64,000 nt of DNA from Eledone cirrhosa (GCA_964016885.1 OZ024741.1:218674001-218738000); one strand, 5' to 3'; shown: positions 12,298 to 27,234, numbered from the stretch's first letter. Numbers and translations: made by a program. Notes: a model not told the origin generated them from the sequence alone.

Positions 12298-15200
12298 CTC
12301 TGATATGGCTATCATAGGATGGTGTAGCAGAACAGATCACATCTAGAGTCTCTGATACAGCTATCTTAGGATAGTCTAGTAGAACAGGCCAGATCTAGAG
12401 TCTCTGATACAGCTATCATAGGATGGTGTAGCAGAACAGGCCAGATCTAGAGTCTCTGATACAGCTATCATAGGATAGTCTAGTAGAACAGGCCAGATCT
12501 AGAGTCTCTGATACAGCTATCATAGGATGGTGTAGCAGAACAGGTCAGATCTAGAGTCTCTGATATGGCTATCATAGGATAGTCTAGTAGAACAGGCCAG
12601 ATCTAGAGCCTTTGATATGGCTACCATAGGATAGTCTAGTAGAACAGGCCAGATCTAGAGCCTTTGATATGGCTATCATAGGATAGTCTAGTAGAACAGG
12701 CCAGATCTAGAGCCTTTGATATGGCTACCATAGGATAGTCTAGTAGAACAGGCCAGATCTAGAGCCTTTGATATGGCTACCATAGGATAGTCTAGTAGAA
12801 CAGGCCAGATCTAGAGCCTTTGATATGGCTATCATAGGATAGTCTAGCAGAACAGGCCAGATCTAGAGTCTTTGATACAGCTATCATAGGATAGTCTAGC
12901 AGAACAGGTCAGATCTAGAGCCTTTGATATGGCTATCATAGGATAGTCTAGCAGAACAGGCCAGATCTAGAGTCTCTGATACGGCTATCATAGGATTGTC
13001 TAGTAGAACAGGCCAGATCTAGAGTCTCTGATACAGCTATCATAGGATAGTGTAGCAGAACAGGCCAGATCTAGAGTCTCTGATACAGCTATCATAGGAT
13101 AGTCTAGTAGAACAGGCCAGATCTAGAGTCTTTGATACAGCTATCATAGGATAGTCTAGCAGAACAGGTCAGATCTAGAGCCTTTGATATGGCTATCATA
13201 GGATAGTCTAGCAGAACAGGCCAGATCTAGAGCCTCTGATACAGCTATCATAGGATAGTCTAGTAGAACAGGCCAGATCTAGAGTCTTTGATACAGCTAT
13301 CATAGGATAGTCTAGCAGAACAGGTCAGATCTAGAGCCTTTGATATGGCTATCATAGGATAGTCTAGTAGAACAGGCCAGATCTAGAGTCTCTGATATGG
13401 CTATCATGGGATAATCTAGCAGAACAGGCCAGATCTAGAGCCTTTGATATGGCTATCATAGGATTGTCTAGTAGAACAGGCCAGATCTAGAGCCTTTGAT
13501 ATGGCTATCATAGGATAGTCTAGCAGAACAGGCCAGATCTAGAGCCTCTGATACAGCTACCATAGGATAGTCTAGCAGAACAGGTCAGATCTAGAGTCTC
13601 TGATACAGCTACCATAGGATAGTCTAGCAGAACAGGCCAGATCTAGAGCCTTTGATATGGCTACCATAGGACAGTCTAGTAGAACAGGCCAGATCTAGAG
13701 CCTTTGATATGGCTACCATAGGATAGTCTAGTAGAACAGGCCAGATCTAGAGCCTTTGATATGGCTATCATAGGATAGTCTAGCAGAACAGGCCAGATCT
13801 AGAGCCTTTGATATGGCTACCATAGGATAGTCTAGCAGAACAGGCCAGATCTAGAGCCTCTGATATGGCTACCATAGGATAGTCTAGTAGAACAGGCCAG
13901 ATCTAGAGCCTTTGATATGGCTATCATAGGATAGTCTAGTAGAACAGGCCAGATCTAGAGCCTTTGATATGGCTACCATAGGATAGTCTAGTAGAACAGG
14001 CCAGATCTAGAGCCTTTGATATGGCTACCATAGGATAGTCTAGCAGAACAGGCCAGATCTAGAGTCTCTGATACAGCTACCATAGGATAGTCTAGTAGAA
14101 CAGGCCAGATCTAGAGCCTTTGATATGGCTATCATAGGATAGTCTAGCAGAACAGGCCAGATCTAGAGCCTCTGATACGGCTATCATAGGATTGTCTAGT
14201 AGAACAGGCCAGATCTAGAGCCTCTGATACGGCTATCATAGGATAGTCTAGCAGAACAGGCCAGATCTAGAGTCTCTGATACAGCTATTATAGGATAGTC
14301 TAGCAGAACAGGTCAGATCTAGAGTCTTTGATACAGCTATCATAGGATAGTCTAGCAGAACAGGCCAGATCTAGAGTCTCTGATACAGCTACCATAGGAT
14401 AGTCTAGCAGAACAGGCCAGATCTAGAGCCTTTGATATGGCTATCATAGGATTGTCTAGTAGAACAGGCCAGATCTAGAGTCTCTGATATGGCTATAATA
14501 GGATAGTCTAGCAGAACAGGCCAGATCTAGAGCCTTTGATATGGCTACCATAGGATTGTCTAGTAGAACAGGCCAGATCTAGAGCCTTTGATATGGCTAC
14601 CATAGGATAGTCTAGTAGAACAGGCCAGATCTAGAGCCTTTGATATGGCTACCATAGGATAGTCTAGTAGAACAGGCCAGATCTAGAGCCTTTGATATGG
14701 CTACCATAGGATAGTGTAGCAGAACAGGCCAGATCTAGAGCCTTTGATATGGCTATCATAGGATTGTCTAGTAGAACAGGCCAGATCTAGAGCCTTTGAT
14801 ATGGCTACCATAGGATTGTCTAGTAGAACAGGCCAGATCTAGAGTCTCTGATATAGCTACCATAGGATAGTCTAGCAGAACAGGCCAGATCTAGAGCCTT
14901 TGATACAGCTACCATAGGATAGTCTAGAAGAACAGGTCAGATCTAGAGTCTCTGATACAGCTACCATAGGATAGTCTAGCAGAACAGGCCAGATCTAGAG
15001 TCTCTGATACAGCTACCATAGGATAGTCTAGAAGAAAAGGTCAGATCTAGAGTCTCTGATACGGCTACCATAGGATAGTCTAGAAGAACAGGTCAGATCT
15101 AGAGTCTCTGATACAGCTATCATAGGATAGTCTAGCAGAACAGGCCAGATCTAGAGTCTCTGATATGGCTATCATAGGATAGTCTAGTAGAACAGGCCAG

Positions 15201-15312
15201 ATCTAGAGCCTTTGATATGGCTACCATAGGATAGTCTAGTAGAACAGGCCAGATCTAGAGCCTTTGATATGGCTACCATAGGATAGTCTAGCAGAACAGG
15301 CCAGATCTAGAG
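12298..15312. repeat. 52-bp satellite, about 58 copies
   Basis: ctctgatacagctatcataggatagtctagtagaacaggccagatctagagt; atctagag at 12341, 12393, 12445... Confidence 0.97.
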
Positions 15313-15649
15313 GAGTAAGCCTTGATAAAAATCCTGTTTGTCTAATTGTAAACAGCTCATGTGATGATCCTCAGTTTAATTAGATGACCTCAGTGTCATG
15401 AACACCGCTGGCTTAGCAGATGGTTGACTATTAATTCAACAATTGTTCGGCATAGCTGCACCAGTTTACAGAGAAATCTACAAGTATGCAGCTGTGACAA
15501 GCTGCATATATTCTAGCCATTGGAAAAAGCAAAATGAATACATCACCTTCAATGGAAGGATGACCCAAGAAGAAGATAGTGTGAAATATAAGGTGAGTGG
15601 ACAGTAATGTACCCCTATAGTGTGAAATATAAGCTGAATGAGTGAACAT

Positions 15650-15753
<104 letters not shown>

Positions 15754-16474
15754 TATCCCTCAAGGTTCTAGCCCTAGGCTGTGCTTCTGTTGCAACCTAA
15801 TGGATACCTTATCAATTTCACAGTGCTCTATTACAGTTAGAAGGGTGCACTGTTTGCAGCTAGGCAGACTGAGCTACTGGAGAAGTAAGTGCCAGTGTCT
15901 TGCCCCTTGATAAAGTGCAGTGGTGATGGTTGTGACAAGATACGAACCATTGATGCCAGGTTTGCATTCCTATGATCCTGTCAATGGCAAGTAAGAACGA
16001 TATTTATATATATATATATAGAGAGAGAAAGAGAAATTTTTAGTTACTAATTTAATAACCTAAGAGAAATAATTAATATCTGTTAACATAGAGTGAAATA
16101 AACCCATAAAAAATAATTTACACCTCATACCTATGGAGGGTTTAACTGGTCTTCTATGAGGTTGTATCTAATAGTTTTTTGGGTGTTTTAATGATAGGGG
16201 TCCCAGTCCTATCATGTTGTAGTTACAGCTCACACCTATGTAGGGTTTAGCTGGCCTACTGTGAAACTGCATCTCATAGGAGATTGCATAGGTATTATGA
16301 CAAAAAGCAGCCAGCACATACTGTAAATGTGGTTGGTGTTAGGAAGGGTATCAAGCTGTAGGAACCCAAGCCAAAACCAGTTCTGTATGAGCAAGATATG
16401 GTCATTAGACCTAGCTTGTCTCACAATGGGGAACTCGTCTAACCCATGCTAGCATGGAAAAATGTATGTTAAAC

Positions 16475-16519
<45 letters not shown>

Positions 16520-16579
16520 ATCTACTACAGATACATGTATTATCTCATTTGTTGCCATATTCTATAGTCTTTTAGTGAG

Positions 16580-16915
16580 TTGTTGCATGTAGAGGTCCTC
16601 AAATGGTTGGAGAAGATCAGAAACGAAGATCTGTGGGAGCAAGCGGGACAAGAACCAGTGTCAAAACATATTCTGTGGAGGAAGTGGAGCTGGAAACCAG
16701 CACCCAACACCACACACCAAGCTCTGACCTGGAACCTGCAGCGTAAGCGGGAAAGAGGCTGGCCCTGTGGGAGCTTCAGGTGTGACACTGAGGCTAAATT
16801 AATAAAACTGGAAACCAAGTGGAGTCGAGTGGTGGAAGTAGCTCAGGATTGTGTTCAATGGTGGAGGGTCATCCTTGGCCTATGCTCCACAGAGACTGCA
16901 GGGGCTGAATTATGA
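16580..16915 (+). mobile_element. Degenerate RTE LINE 3' fragment
   Basis: IRNEDLW...RKWSW...QALTWN...RERGWP. Confidence 0.7.
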
Positions 16916-17254
16916 TGAATTATTGAGGTAGGATGTAGAGGTAGATATATTCTTGGTAAGACATTCAACGAAAATAGCAAAGATAGAATATAAATTAGGA
17001 TAGGGACTGAATGACATGTAACTTCCTGAAATAGAAAAATCAGCAACAGCAACAACAACAACAACAACAAAAAAATGTATATATATGTAAGACAGAAATA
17101 AAAATTTTCTGTAAATTCTGTGAAAGATCAATTATTGATTTTTGAAAATAAACAATCACATAGAAAATATATTTTTCAAGGAAAAACAAACAAATAAACA
17201 AACTGTAAAACATTTGTTGAATGCAAACTACGATAAATAACAAAACATACATAC

Positions 17255-17331
<77 letters not shown>

Positions 17332-17542
17332 AATGTATATATGTATATATATATAAATATGCATGTATATATATATATGCATGTATATATATATATGCAT
17401 GTATATATATATATATATATATATATGCATGCTTATATATATATGCATGTATATATATATATATATAAATATGCATGTATATATATATATGCATGTATAT
17501 ATATATATGTATATATATATATAAATATATATATATATAAAT

Positions 17543-17578
<36 letters not shown>

Positions 17579-17716
17579 GTGCATATATATATATATGCAC
17601 ATGGCATCATGCTAAATAACAACTTGCAACTAATACAATAAATGAAGATAGGAAAACAACGTTTTTTTTTTATTTGTATGTATGTGTAGGCATGACAGTG
17701 TGCATATATATATATA

Positions 17717-17763
<47 letters not shown>

Positions 17764-17789
17764 ATAAATGCTCTGAAATAGCGATATAT

Positions 17790-18092
17790 ATGTGAATATA
17801 GACATAGAATATTCGAAAATATTCTGTATGTTTATAATAAACATTTTGAAGACCTAATCGCTATAGAATAGAATACGTCACGTATTACAATTAGATTCTC
17901 GATAAAAGCAAGGGAAGTAATCTACGCGTTTCATTCTTGTTAGAATGAAACGCGTAGATTACTTCCCTTGCTTTTATCGAGAATCTAATTGTAATACGTG
18001 ACGTATTCTATTCTATAGCGATTAGGTCTTCAAAATGTTTATTATAAACATACAGAATATTTTCGAATATTCTATGTCTATATTCATATATA
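17790..18092. repeat. Essentially perfect palindrome of about 300 bp with 4-nt loop, inside (TA)n
   Basis: ...tacgcgtttcattct TGTT agaatgaaacgcgta... Confidence 0.97.
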
Positions 18093-18264
18093 TATATATA
18101 TATATATATAATACATATATATATATATAATATATACATATACATATATATATATATATACTATATATATATATACATACATACATATACATATATATAT
18201 ATATATATACATATACACATATATATATATATATATATATGTGTACATATATATATATATACAT

Positions 18265-18307
<43 letters not shown>

Positions 18308-19095
18308 TACATATACACACACATATATTCGCAGTAGTAAGCAGTTGTGTTTCCTTTATCCCATTTCACTGCAGTCATAGAAGCTGTTTGTTCCCTGTAT
18401 CAAAAACAGACAAACAGACTGACAGCTACACAGACATACAGACAGACAGACATCTATCTAGGCATGCAATAATATTTTGGTCAGGCAATTCTTCGGGCAC
18501 CCAACTCTATTCATTGTACATTGCCAGCATATATATATACATGTATAGATCTATATATCTGCTACATTGTATACTTACATACATATATATATATATATAT
18601 ATACATATATATAAATAAACACATATATACATATGTTTTTTTTTTTTACAAAACCTAATCGCCACAATGCAGATAACTATGATAATAGTTGCATAAAGTG
18701 CTATGTAAAGTTTCAGTTGATTGTAACGTTCCCAGTACATGTTTCAGTCGGGTATTTATTTTATCTACCCCTAGTCATCAAATCACTTGGTTACCATTCA
18801 ATGTAGATAGAAGACATGGTGCAATGTTTTGCACCAATACATGCAAACACAGACACACACTGCATACATACACACACACAGTACATTATATATATATATA
18901 TATATATTGATCATAAAAATATGATATATGTAACATATATGTAATATATATATATATGTCATATAGATATGATAGATGTAATATATATAGGATATATATA
19001 TTTCTATATATGATATATTTATATATATATATCATAAACATATGATATATGTAATATATATATATATCATATATATATGATATATGAAATATATA

Positions 19096-19133
<38 letters not shown>

Positions 19134-19407
19134 TATATATATACATAATGATATACATAGATATATGATATATATCTCAAATATATAAAGATAAAGAAAC
19201 AAGTTTCATTGTTTAATGTATATAAAGAGTGCTAGTGGTATTGCAACATTCACTAGAATTGAAATGTGAAGTGTAGGAGATAAAAATAGTTTGAAAAACA
19301 TGCAAGAAAGTTTGAAATATGGATATAAGAGTGCGATCTGTTTATACCAGGTTTTTTACGGGTTTCTTTGTTGAATAGGATTTAATTGCATGGAAATGCT
19401 GATTCAT

Positions 19408-19451
<44 letters not shown>

Positions 19452-19453
<2 letters not shown>

Positions 19454-19731
19454 TCATCATCATCATTTTACGTCCGCTTTTCCCTGCTTGCAAGGGTGAG
19501 ACGGGAACTGATTCTGGCTTGATTTCTACAGCTGGATGCCCTTCCTGACACCAACCTCATTTACAGTGAGTGCTGGGTGCGTTTTTTTCCGTGGCACCTC
19601 CACGACCAATTTGCAGTGGAATGATAGGGACTGAAATAAAGTGTCTTGCTCAAGGAAACAACACATCACCCGGTCTGAGAATTGAACTCACAACCTTTCG
19701 ATTGCAAGGCCAATGCTCTAACCACTAAGCC
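19452..19731 (-). mobile_element. SINE with tRNA head and RTE-like (ATG)n tail (family also at about 29662-29940 and 40975-41190)
   Basis: ggcttagtggttagagc...gagttcaattctc head; tail resembles the RTE 3' end at 1620-1675. Confidence 0.8.
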
Positions 19732-19732
19732 A

Positions 19733-19952
<220 letters not shown>

Positions 19953-19977
19953 CATATACACACATACACATGCACAT

Positions 19978-20010
<33 letters not shown>

Positions 20011-21320
20011 GTTTTTTTAATATTTATTTTACTCGTCTCACCCATGAGACTGTGGCCAAACTCAAACACTCCCTTGAATTAGTCAATCATATCGACCTCA
20101 GTTTTTATTTAACTGGTTTCAGACATGAGTATGTGGCCATGCTGGGGCACTCCCTTGAATTAGTCAATCATATGACTCCAGTTTTTATTTTACTGGTTTC
20201 AGTCATGAGACTGAGGCCATGCTGGGGCACTGCCTTGATTTAGTCAATCATATCGACACCAGTATTTACTTTACTGGTTTCAGTCATGAGACTATGGCCA
20301 TGCTAGGGCACTGCCTTGATTTAGTTGATTAAATTGACCCCAGTGCTTCTTTCTTCACAATATATCAGTCTCTTTTTGTCAAATTACTACATTACAGGTC
20401 AGAACCAGAGACATAAAAGTAAACACACATGTATCCAATCCAGGACCCTCTCACTCCTGTTGGAGGAACCCCTCCCGGGTTGACCTCTGCCATTTTCTGT
20501 TTGGTTTTGATCATGTCTGGGTTGTAGCCATACTCACCACACTTGGCCAATTGTGGGTTGGTGAGGCTATTTAACCCATAGTTGGAGTGGATGGCTGTTG
20601 ACTCTGACGAGTTCATACACCCTTTTAACAGCATGTTTTCTTTGTTTGTTTTTTGTGTTGCTGAGATTCAAGTTACCCTCCCCACCAGTGTATGTGTGTG
20701 TGTGTTTGTTTGTGCATATGTAAGTGTGTGTGTGTGTGTTGGATCTGTTTGAATGTTTCAATTTTAAAAAGAATAAGTGGGATAAGAAAATGAAAATATA
20801 AACTAAAAAAATAATTAAAAAAATGATAATAATAAAACATATTCTATATTTCAGTGACCGGACTGAAAAAAAAAAACAAAATTAAAAAAAAACAACAAAT
20901 TTAAACAACTTTAAATAAAAATTGAAAATTAAAACTGCAAAATAAATATAAATAAAACAGTCTTTTTGTTGTTTTTTTGTGTGTGTTTATGTGTTGTTTT
21001 TAGTCCTAAAATATTTGACTGCTTTTTAATTCTTAATGTCCTGCTTCACATGAAACCATATTAGTAAAACTTTTATCTTAACCTGGAATAATTCTTGAAG
21101 GAGTTACCTATGTTACTAAAGCTTAACTAAATTTATTCCCTAAGACCCCACTATAAATGATACTTAATCTTTTAGCATTTAAACCGGTTATATCATACGA
21201 AATATAAGCATGTATACATACTTATATTTAAGTAACAGCCGTACTAAGAGTGGGAAATGAAATTTCGTTTCATTTTTTCCGTTTATATATATATATATAT
21301 ACATACATATATACATATAC

Positions 21321-21351
<31 letters not shown>

Positions 21352-21830
21352 TATATATATAGTTTATATATATAAAAAGAAAATTTTCGCTCTACATGAG
21401 GGCGTTAGCCACCCCCCGGTGTTTTCATAGCTACAGCTTCCTAAAACTGTATTTCTTTGGAGATACGAAATATTTATACATATATATATATATACACACA
21501 TACATATATACATATACATATATATATATATATATATATACATAGTAGAATAATCGAGTATCGAAAAATCGGCGCACGAGTTCACGATAAACAAAATTCG
21601 AGATGAGCGGCAGAGGGCTCTATAATTCAAATAAATTAGAGCTATAACTATCGTTAAATACCGTCACACGTAGAATATGTCTACAATCAACCAAATAACC
21701 GATAAGTTCGATATGGAAGATTCGGGACACTCAGATAAATTATCAATAAATCAATAAATGAAATGAAATATATACATATATAGTTTATATATATAAAAAG
21801 AAAATTTTCGCTCTACATGGCTGAATGCAA

Positions 21831-22050
21831 TAAATGTAATCTGAGTTTTTCGAATATTAATAATAACATCATTCGATTCGTTTGCAATTTTGCAAACAAG
21901 CCTGAATTTTATAGCCATGTCAGTAGAATGAACACTTCATTCTTGCTCTTGTGTTCATTCTACTGACATGGCTATAAAATTGAGGCTTGTTTGCAAAATG
22001 CAAACGAATCGAATGTTATTATTAATATTCGAAAAACTCAGATTACATTT
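21831..22050. repeat. About 220-bp palindrome beside (TA)n
   Basis: aaatgtaatctgagtttttcgaat / attcgaaaaactcagattacattt. Confidence 0.93.
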
Positions 22051-22392
22051 ATATATATATATAAACTATTTATTAAAATAACATATATATTTATCCTTAT
22101 CGAGCCCTCTTTGGATTTTAGTGTTCACATTTATTATTATTACTATATATAAACTATATATATTTATATTCTTGTCACATTATATATTATATACTATATA
22201 TATACTATATATAGTTATATTCTTAACACATATATTATATACTAGATATATATTGTAATGGATGGACATCCTGCCAGGGGTAGTGGAATCTTGTACTCTC
22301 AACCACTTCACATCAAGGGAGATAAGCACCAGCCAAATAAGCCTCAGGAAAGATTTTAGACTTTGACTAATATATCTTACAATGTAATATAC

Positions 22393-22413
22393 CTTATTGT
22401 TTGCTAAAGTTGT
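22393..22413 (-). CDS. Candidate 21-nt microexon TTLANNK (33-nt form to 22381 adds VYYI)
   Basis: ttgtctttcag|ACAACTTTAGCAAACAATAAG|gtatat; second in-frame donor gtaaga 12 nt further on. Confidence 0.35.
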
Positions 22414-22636
22414 CTGAAAGACAATATACTATAAAACCTCAGAAATATGTTGCTCGACTGAAGGCAGACTGTGTGTGTTTGTATATATATATATTTATAT
22501 TTTATTTTCACAGATGGCAAAACAATGAGAAATAGCTGGTGAAAGAAAAAGCTGAAATATAACTTTTAAAGAGCACATGTGTATATGTGTATATATATGT
22601 GTGTGTACATATACATATAATTATACACACACACAC

Positions 22637-22721
<85 letters not shown>

Positions 22722-22758
22722 GTATATATTTGTGTGTGTGTGTGCATGTGTGTGTGTG

Positions 22759-22827
<69 letters not shown>

Positions 22828-23347
22828 TGAAATTAAGAGTAGAGAACACCAAGAAAAACACACATCTACAAAGAGTTACTAAATCTGGGTTAAATTTAGA
22901 GTGAGAGTGAGAATGTGTATGTGTGTGTGTGTGTGTGTATGTGCATGTTATAGAACTACTAAAGGAAAAACACTACGGGTGGGGGTGGGAGAACTATTTA
23001 TAGCAAGTGAAGTGGGTATGAATATGTATTAATTCACTACAAGAAGTAGTACTATAAGTAGTAGCAATAGTAGTAATAGAGTAGTAGTAGTAATAGTAGT
23101 AGTAGTAATAGTAGTAGTAGCAGTAGTTATTGTAGGAGTAGAAGTAGTAGTAGGAGGAGTAGTACTAGTACTAATACTAATTGGTGTAGAAGAAGATAAA
23201 AAAGAAGTAGAAGTAGAAAAAATTACTAACTAGCGACTAATACTAAATTGAAAAAAAAAAAAAAAAATTAGAAGGCTTTTGTTAGCAAGTATGTTTACCA
23301 GCAATTGATTAAAATACTAATTAAATATTATATATTAACTATAAATG

Positions 23348-23396
<49 letters not shown>

Positions 23397-23589
23397 TAAT
23401 AAAAATTGTAATAAAAAAATAAGGGTGATATAGATTAGAAGAAAATAGCAGTGCTAATTATAATAATTATAGTATTAATAAAAAAAAGATAAGAATAACA
23501 GTAATAATAATAATAATAAATAGTCTTTATAAAAAAGGCTGATGATTAAAAGTGGTAGTCAGCTGGTGTTGTTTTACAGTTTACTTTAC

Positions 23590-23601
23590 CTCAGGGTGGC
23601 T
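23590..23601 (-). CDS. Candidate 12-nt microexon SHPE
   Basis: distal pyrimidine tract, then cttgcctgctgtgtaatag|AGCCACCCTGAG|gtaaag; phase 0-0. Confidence 0.55.
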
Positions 23602-23819
23602 CTATTACACAGCAGGCAAGTGTTTTGTTTTTAGATTTGGAAAAATATGAAAAGAGAAAGTAACCAACAAGTTAAAAAAGAGAAGAAGAAAGAAAAATAC
23701 CTTTATTTATTTAATTATTTATTTTAATTATTTGTGTTTACTGGTTTTGGTTGTCTGTTTACTTGCTTTCAAATTAAGGTGGAGGAGAGGGTGTTGTTAA
23801 ATGTAAATAAATAAATAAT

Positions 23820-24650
23820 AGTAATTGTTGCTACTTAAGGCACAAGGCCAACAATTTGAAGGGAAGAGGGAAGTCGATTAAATTGACTCCAGTGTATTAC
23901 TGGTACTTTATTCTATCAACCCTGAAAGTGGGAAAAGCAATGGCAACCTTGGCAGGATTTGAACTCAGAACATAAAGGGCCATAACTCTATGCTGCAAAG
24001 CATGTTGTCCAATGCTCTACTGATACTGCCAATCCACTGCTAATAATGTCTACTTTAGGCACAATTTTTGGGGGAAGGGGAAAGTCGATTAAATTGACCC
24101 AGTATGTTACTGGTACTTTATTTTATCAACACTGTAAGGATGAAAGGCAAAGTTAACCTCGGCAGGATTTGAACTCAGAAGGTAGAAAGTTGTAACTAAA
24201 TACCGTAAATCATTTTGTCTTTTGCTCTACCGATTCTGCTAATCAACCGCCTTGAGGATTTCTACTTTAGCCAGTCATTTTTTTAGGGGAGGGGTAAGTT
24301 TATTATCAGTCATGACTTGTAATTTATTTTATCGACCTCAAAAGGATGAGACACAAAGTCAATCTCGGTAGAAGTTGAGCTGAGGACGTAAAGAGCCAGA
24401 ACAAATACCACTTTGTCTGATGCTTTAACAAGTCTGCCAAAATAATGGTTTCTGATTTAGGCACAAGGCCAACAATTTTTGGAGAGAGGAGAGTGGATTA
24501 AATTGACCCGAGTGCATTGCCGGTACTTCAATTTACCACCCTGTAAGGATGAAAGGCAAAGCTAAAATCGGCAAGATTTGAACCCAAAACGTAAAGGGCC
24601 GTAACTATATGCCACAAAGCATGTTGTCCGACACTCTACCGATTACTGCT
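23820..24650 (-). mobile_element. Four head-to-tail Meta-type SINEs
   Basis: Repeated ggcacaaggcc...gatttgaactcag...ctctaccgat blocks. Confidence 0.85.
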
Positions 24651-24849
24651 ATAACAGCAGGGATAGCAGAGGGCGGGAGAGATTCCTGAAAAAAGATCAA
24701 GTTTAAATGAACATCCATTAACTTATCTAATCTGTAAAAGGAAGTATTTATTATTAGTACAAAAAATAAAACAAAAAAAATTCTTGTTTCACTCCATTTA
24801 AGAGATCATTGGGAGCTTGTATCTGTCCAAAGCCATAAGTTTGTATCTT

Positions 24850-25745
24850 GTAAATTACTCAGCAAAAATTTGATGCTTCATCACGTAGGACGTACCTCGC
24901 CCTCAAACCCCCTCATGACCCGGGTGGGTAGAAAATGGCTGCAACATCCTTCTTTTCCCCACTTGCTGAACAAGATAGGGGAAACCCCAGCTTACATAGG
25001 TAGATGTACTTCTTTTCTTTTTCCCTTTAACTCTTCTTTTCACTTCCTTCTACTCCCTCTCCCATTTCTTTTCCTTTTTCCTCTTTCGCCTACCCTGAGG
25101 CAGCCCATCGGCTTTTGTAGCCTCAGTACCCCCACCCCAGTAAATTCTATATAGCATTGGTTGAAAACGCAATATCAGCTAAAAAATATAGCAGCTGCTT
25201 TAGACTCTAGAGATTTTTTTTTTATTTGTTACTATTTAAAATTTTTTTATTATTTTTTAAATTTTATTATCTTTAAATCTCAATTTATTAACCATTTAAT
25301 TTTATAACTTCCCACTCTCAGATTCCTCCAGAATTCTTTTTTGCCTGCTTTCTAACTAGCCTAATTTCATACACACTCCTTAGAATTTGCTGTATAGAAT
25401 TCACTTTCAATGTTTGACCGGCTCCACCCACTCCCTCATTGTTCTACAGGCAAGTTCAGCCACCCCGACCTCCCACCCACCACCATGAAAGACTTAATTG
25501 TGTTTACAAGAAATTTTGACCAATCCTCTTGACAACTACAATCTTCCCATATAAGGAATTATGCCTTGAAAAGTTTGGCTATTTATTACCATGTTAAAAA
25601 TTCTAATTTAGTCCAGAAATAGCCGTCGAAACGGCTTGAGCTCTGCCGTTGGGGTTAAACATTTTCCTGTTACCCGCTCTACTACCCTATGTATTGAGTA
25701 CTCTGGTGCATTATGATCCATCTGGTTCCTTACCACACTTCCTTC
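24850..25745 (+). mobile_element. Penelope-like element 3' region
   Basis: Colinear with the reverse complement of 53352-54540. Confidence 0.7.
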
Positions 25746-26855
25746 ATTATATATATATAAATATATATATATAAACTTGGTCTCCCCTAAATTATATTTA
25801 GCATCTAGCTTTGTATTATACACACACACATATATGTATACAAACATGCATATAAATATATGCATATTCAATCTAGGTCTTTCCAATGTCACTTTTAATG
25901 TCTTGCCCTGTATATACATATATGCACATGCATGCATATATATACACATGTGTATACATACTTGTATATCCAAGCTAGGTCTCTCATATTATCTTTAATA
26001 CTTACTTTTGTACTATAAACTTACATGCATATGTATGCATCTATACACATATACGTATGTATATTCAAAGAAGGTCTTTCTGTGTACATCTCTTCAGAAT
26101 GGAAAGGCCTGAAAGGATGAGGAACATTGTGCCCCTTTCTTTGACTAATATATATTTCATCTAAAACAACTTTCAATTTAAATTTAAACTCCCCAAAAAG
26201 GATTAAGTTGACCTCATCTAATTTTGAAACACACAATGTCAAGGTCACACTTAAATACATACAGTAATTTGCTTAATCTAATGTAACACAGAATGTCAAG
26301 GCCACACTTAAACACATAACAGTGATGTGTTTAGTCTAAATTAACATTGAATGTCAAGGTCACACTTCAACATTTCAACATATAACAGTGATGTGTTTAG
26401 TCTAATAAACACATAACAGTAATGTGTTTATTTGAATGTAACACTGAATGTCAAGGTCACACTTAAACACATAACAGTAATGTGTTTAGTCTAATGTAAC
26501 ACTGAATGTCAAGGTTACATATTCATTAAAAATAAAGAAATATTATTATCATGATTGTAATTTCATTATCATAAAGAAATGATAATAATTGTTTCTGATT
26601 TAGGCACAGGGCCAACAATTTTTGGAGGTGAAAGTCAATTAAATCGACTCCAGTGCATTACTGGTACTTTATTTTATCGACTCTGTAAGGATGAAAGTTA
26701 ACCTCAGTGGGAGTTGAACACAGAAATTAAAGGGCCGAAACTCTATGCTGCAAAGCATGTTGTCCAACGCTCTACCAGTGCTGCCAATCCACCGTAAATA
26801 ATAATAATAACAACAACAACAATTATAGAACACTTTAAACATGAATATTTTTTAA

Positions 26856-26967
26856 CCTTTAGCACGCTGAATTTTTTTTTTATGAATTTATGTCCCTTGA
26901 CACTGTATTATGAATTAAGGGGAGATTACTCCGTTGGCGACAGAAAGTACCTAGAGCGCGCTGAAGG
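26856..26967. mobile_element. TTAA-flanked (piggyBac-type) MITE
   Basis: TTAA|cctttagcacgct...agcgcgctgaagg|TTAA. Confidence 0.7.
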
Positions 26968-27015
26968 TTAATAAAAAAAAAAAAGATTGAAATGAAATTT
27001 TTCAATATGGTTTAC

Positions 27016-27037
27016 TCTGGTACCCGATTCGTTTTTC
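27016..27037 (-). CDS. Candidate 22-nt microexon (with the 5-nt exon gives VLKNESGTR)
   Basis: long pyrimidine tract, ggtcag|GAAAAACGAATCGGGTACCAGA|gtaaac. Confidence 0.3.
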
Positions 27038-27234
27038 CTGACCAAATGACAACATGAGGGTAGGAGGAAGGTAAGAAGGACATGAGGGTAGGAGGAAAGA
27101 GAACATGTTTACATGTTTATACAACATATGTAGATACAGAGAAAAACAGTGACCACTAAATGGTCACAACAATAACTAATCCACTTCACCCAGCAAAAAA
27201 AATACAAAATTAAAAATAAAAATAACAACCACCA

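Noticed and set aside
12298-15312. CRISPR-like or hammerhead-satellite reading of the 52-bp array
   Set aside because: No unique spacers or cas genes; the unit lacks the CTGANGA and GAAA cores
20845-20865. Strong minus-strand acceptor ttttttcag|TCCGGTCACTGA
   Set aside because: Immediate stop (SGH*) and no credible donor; may be a chance poly-T tract
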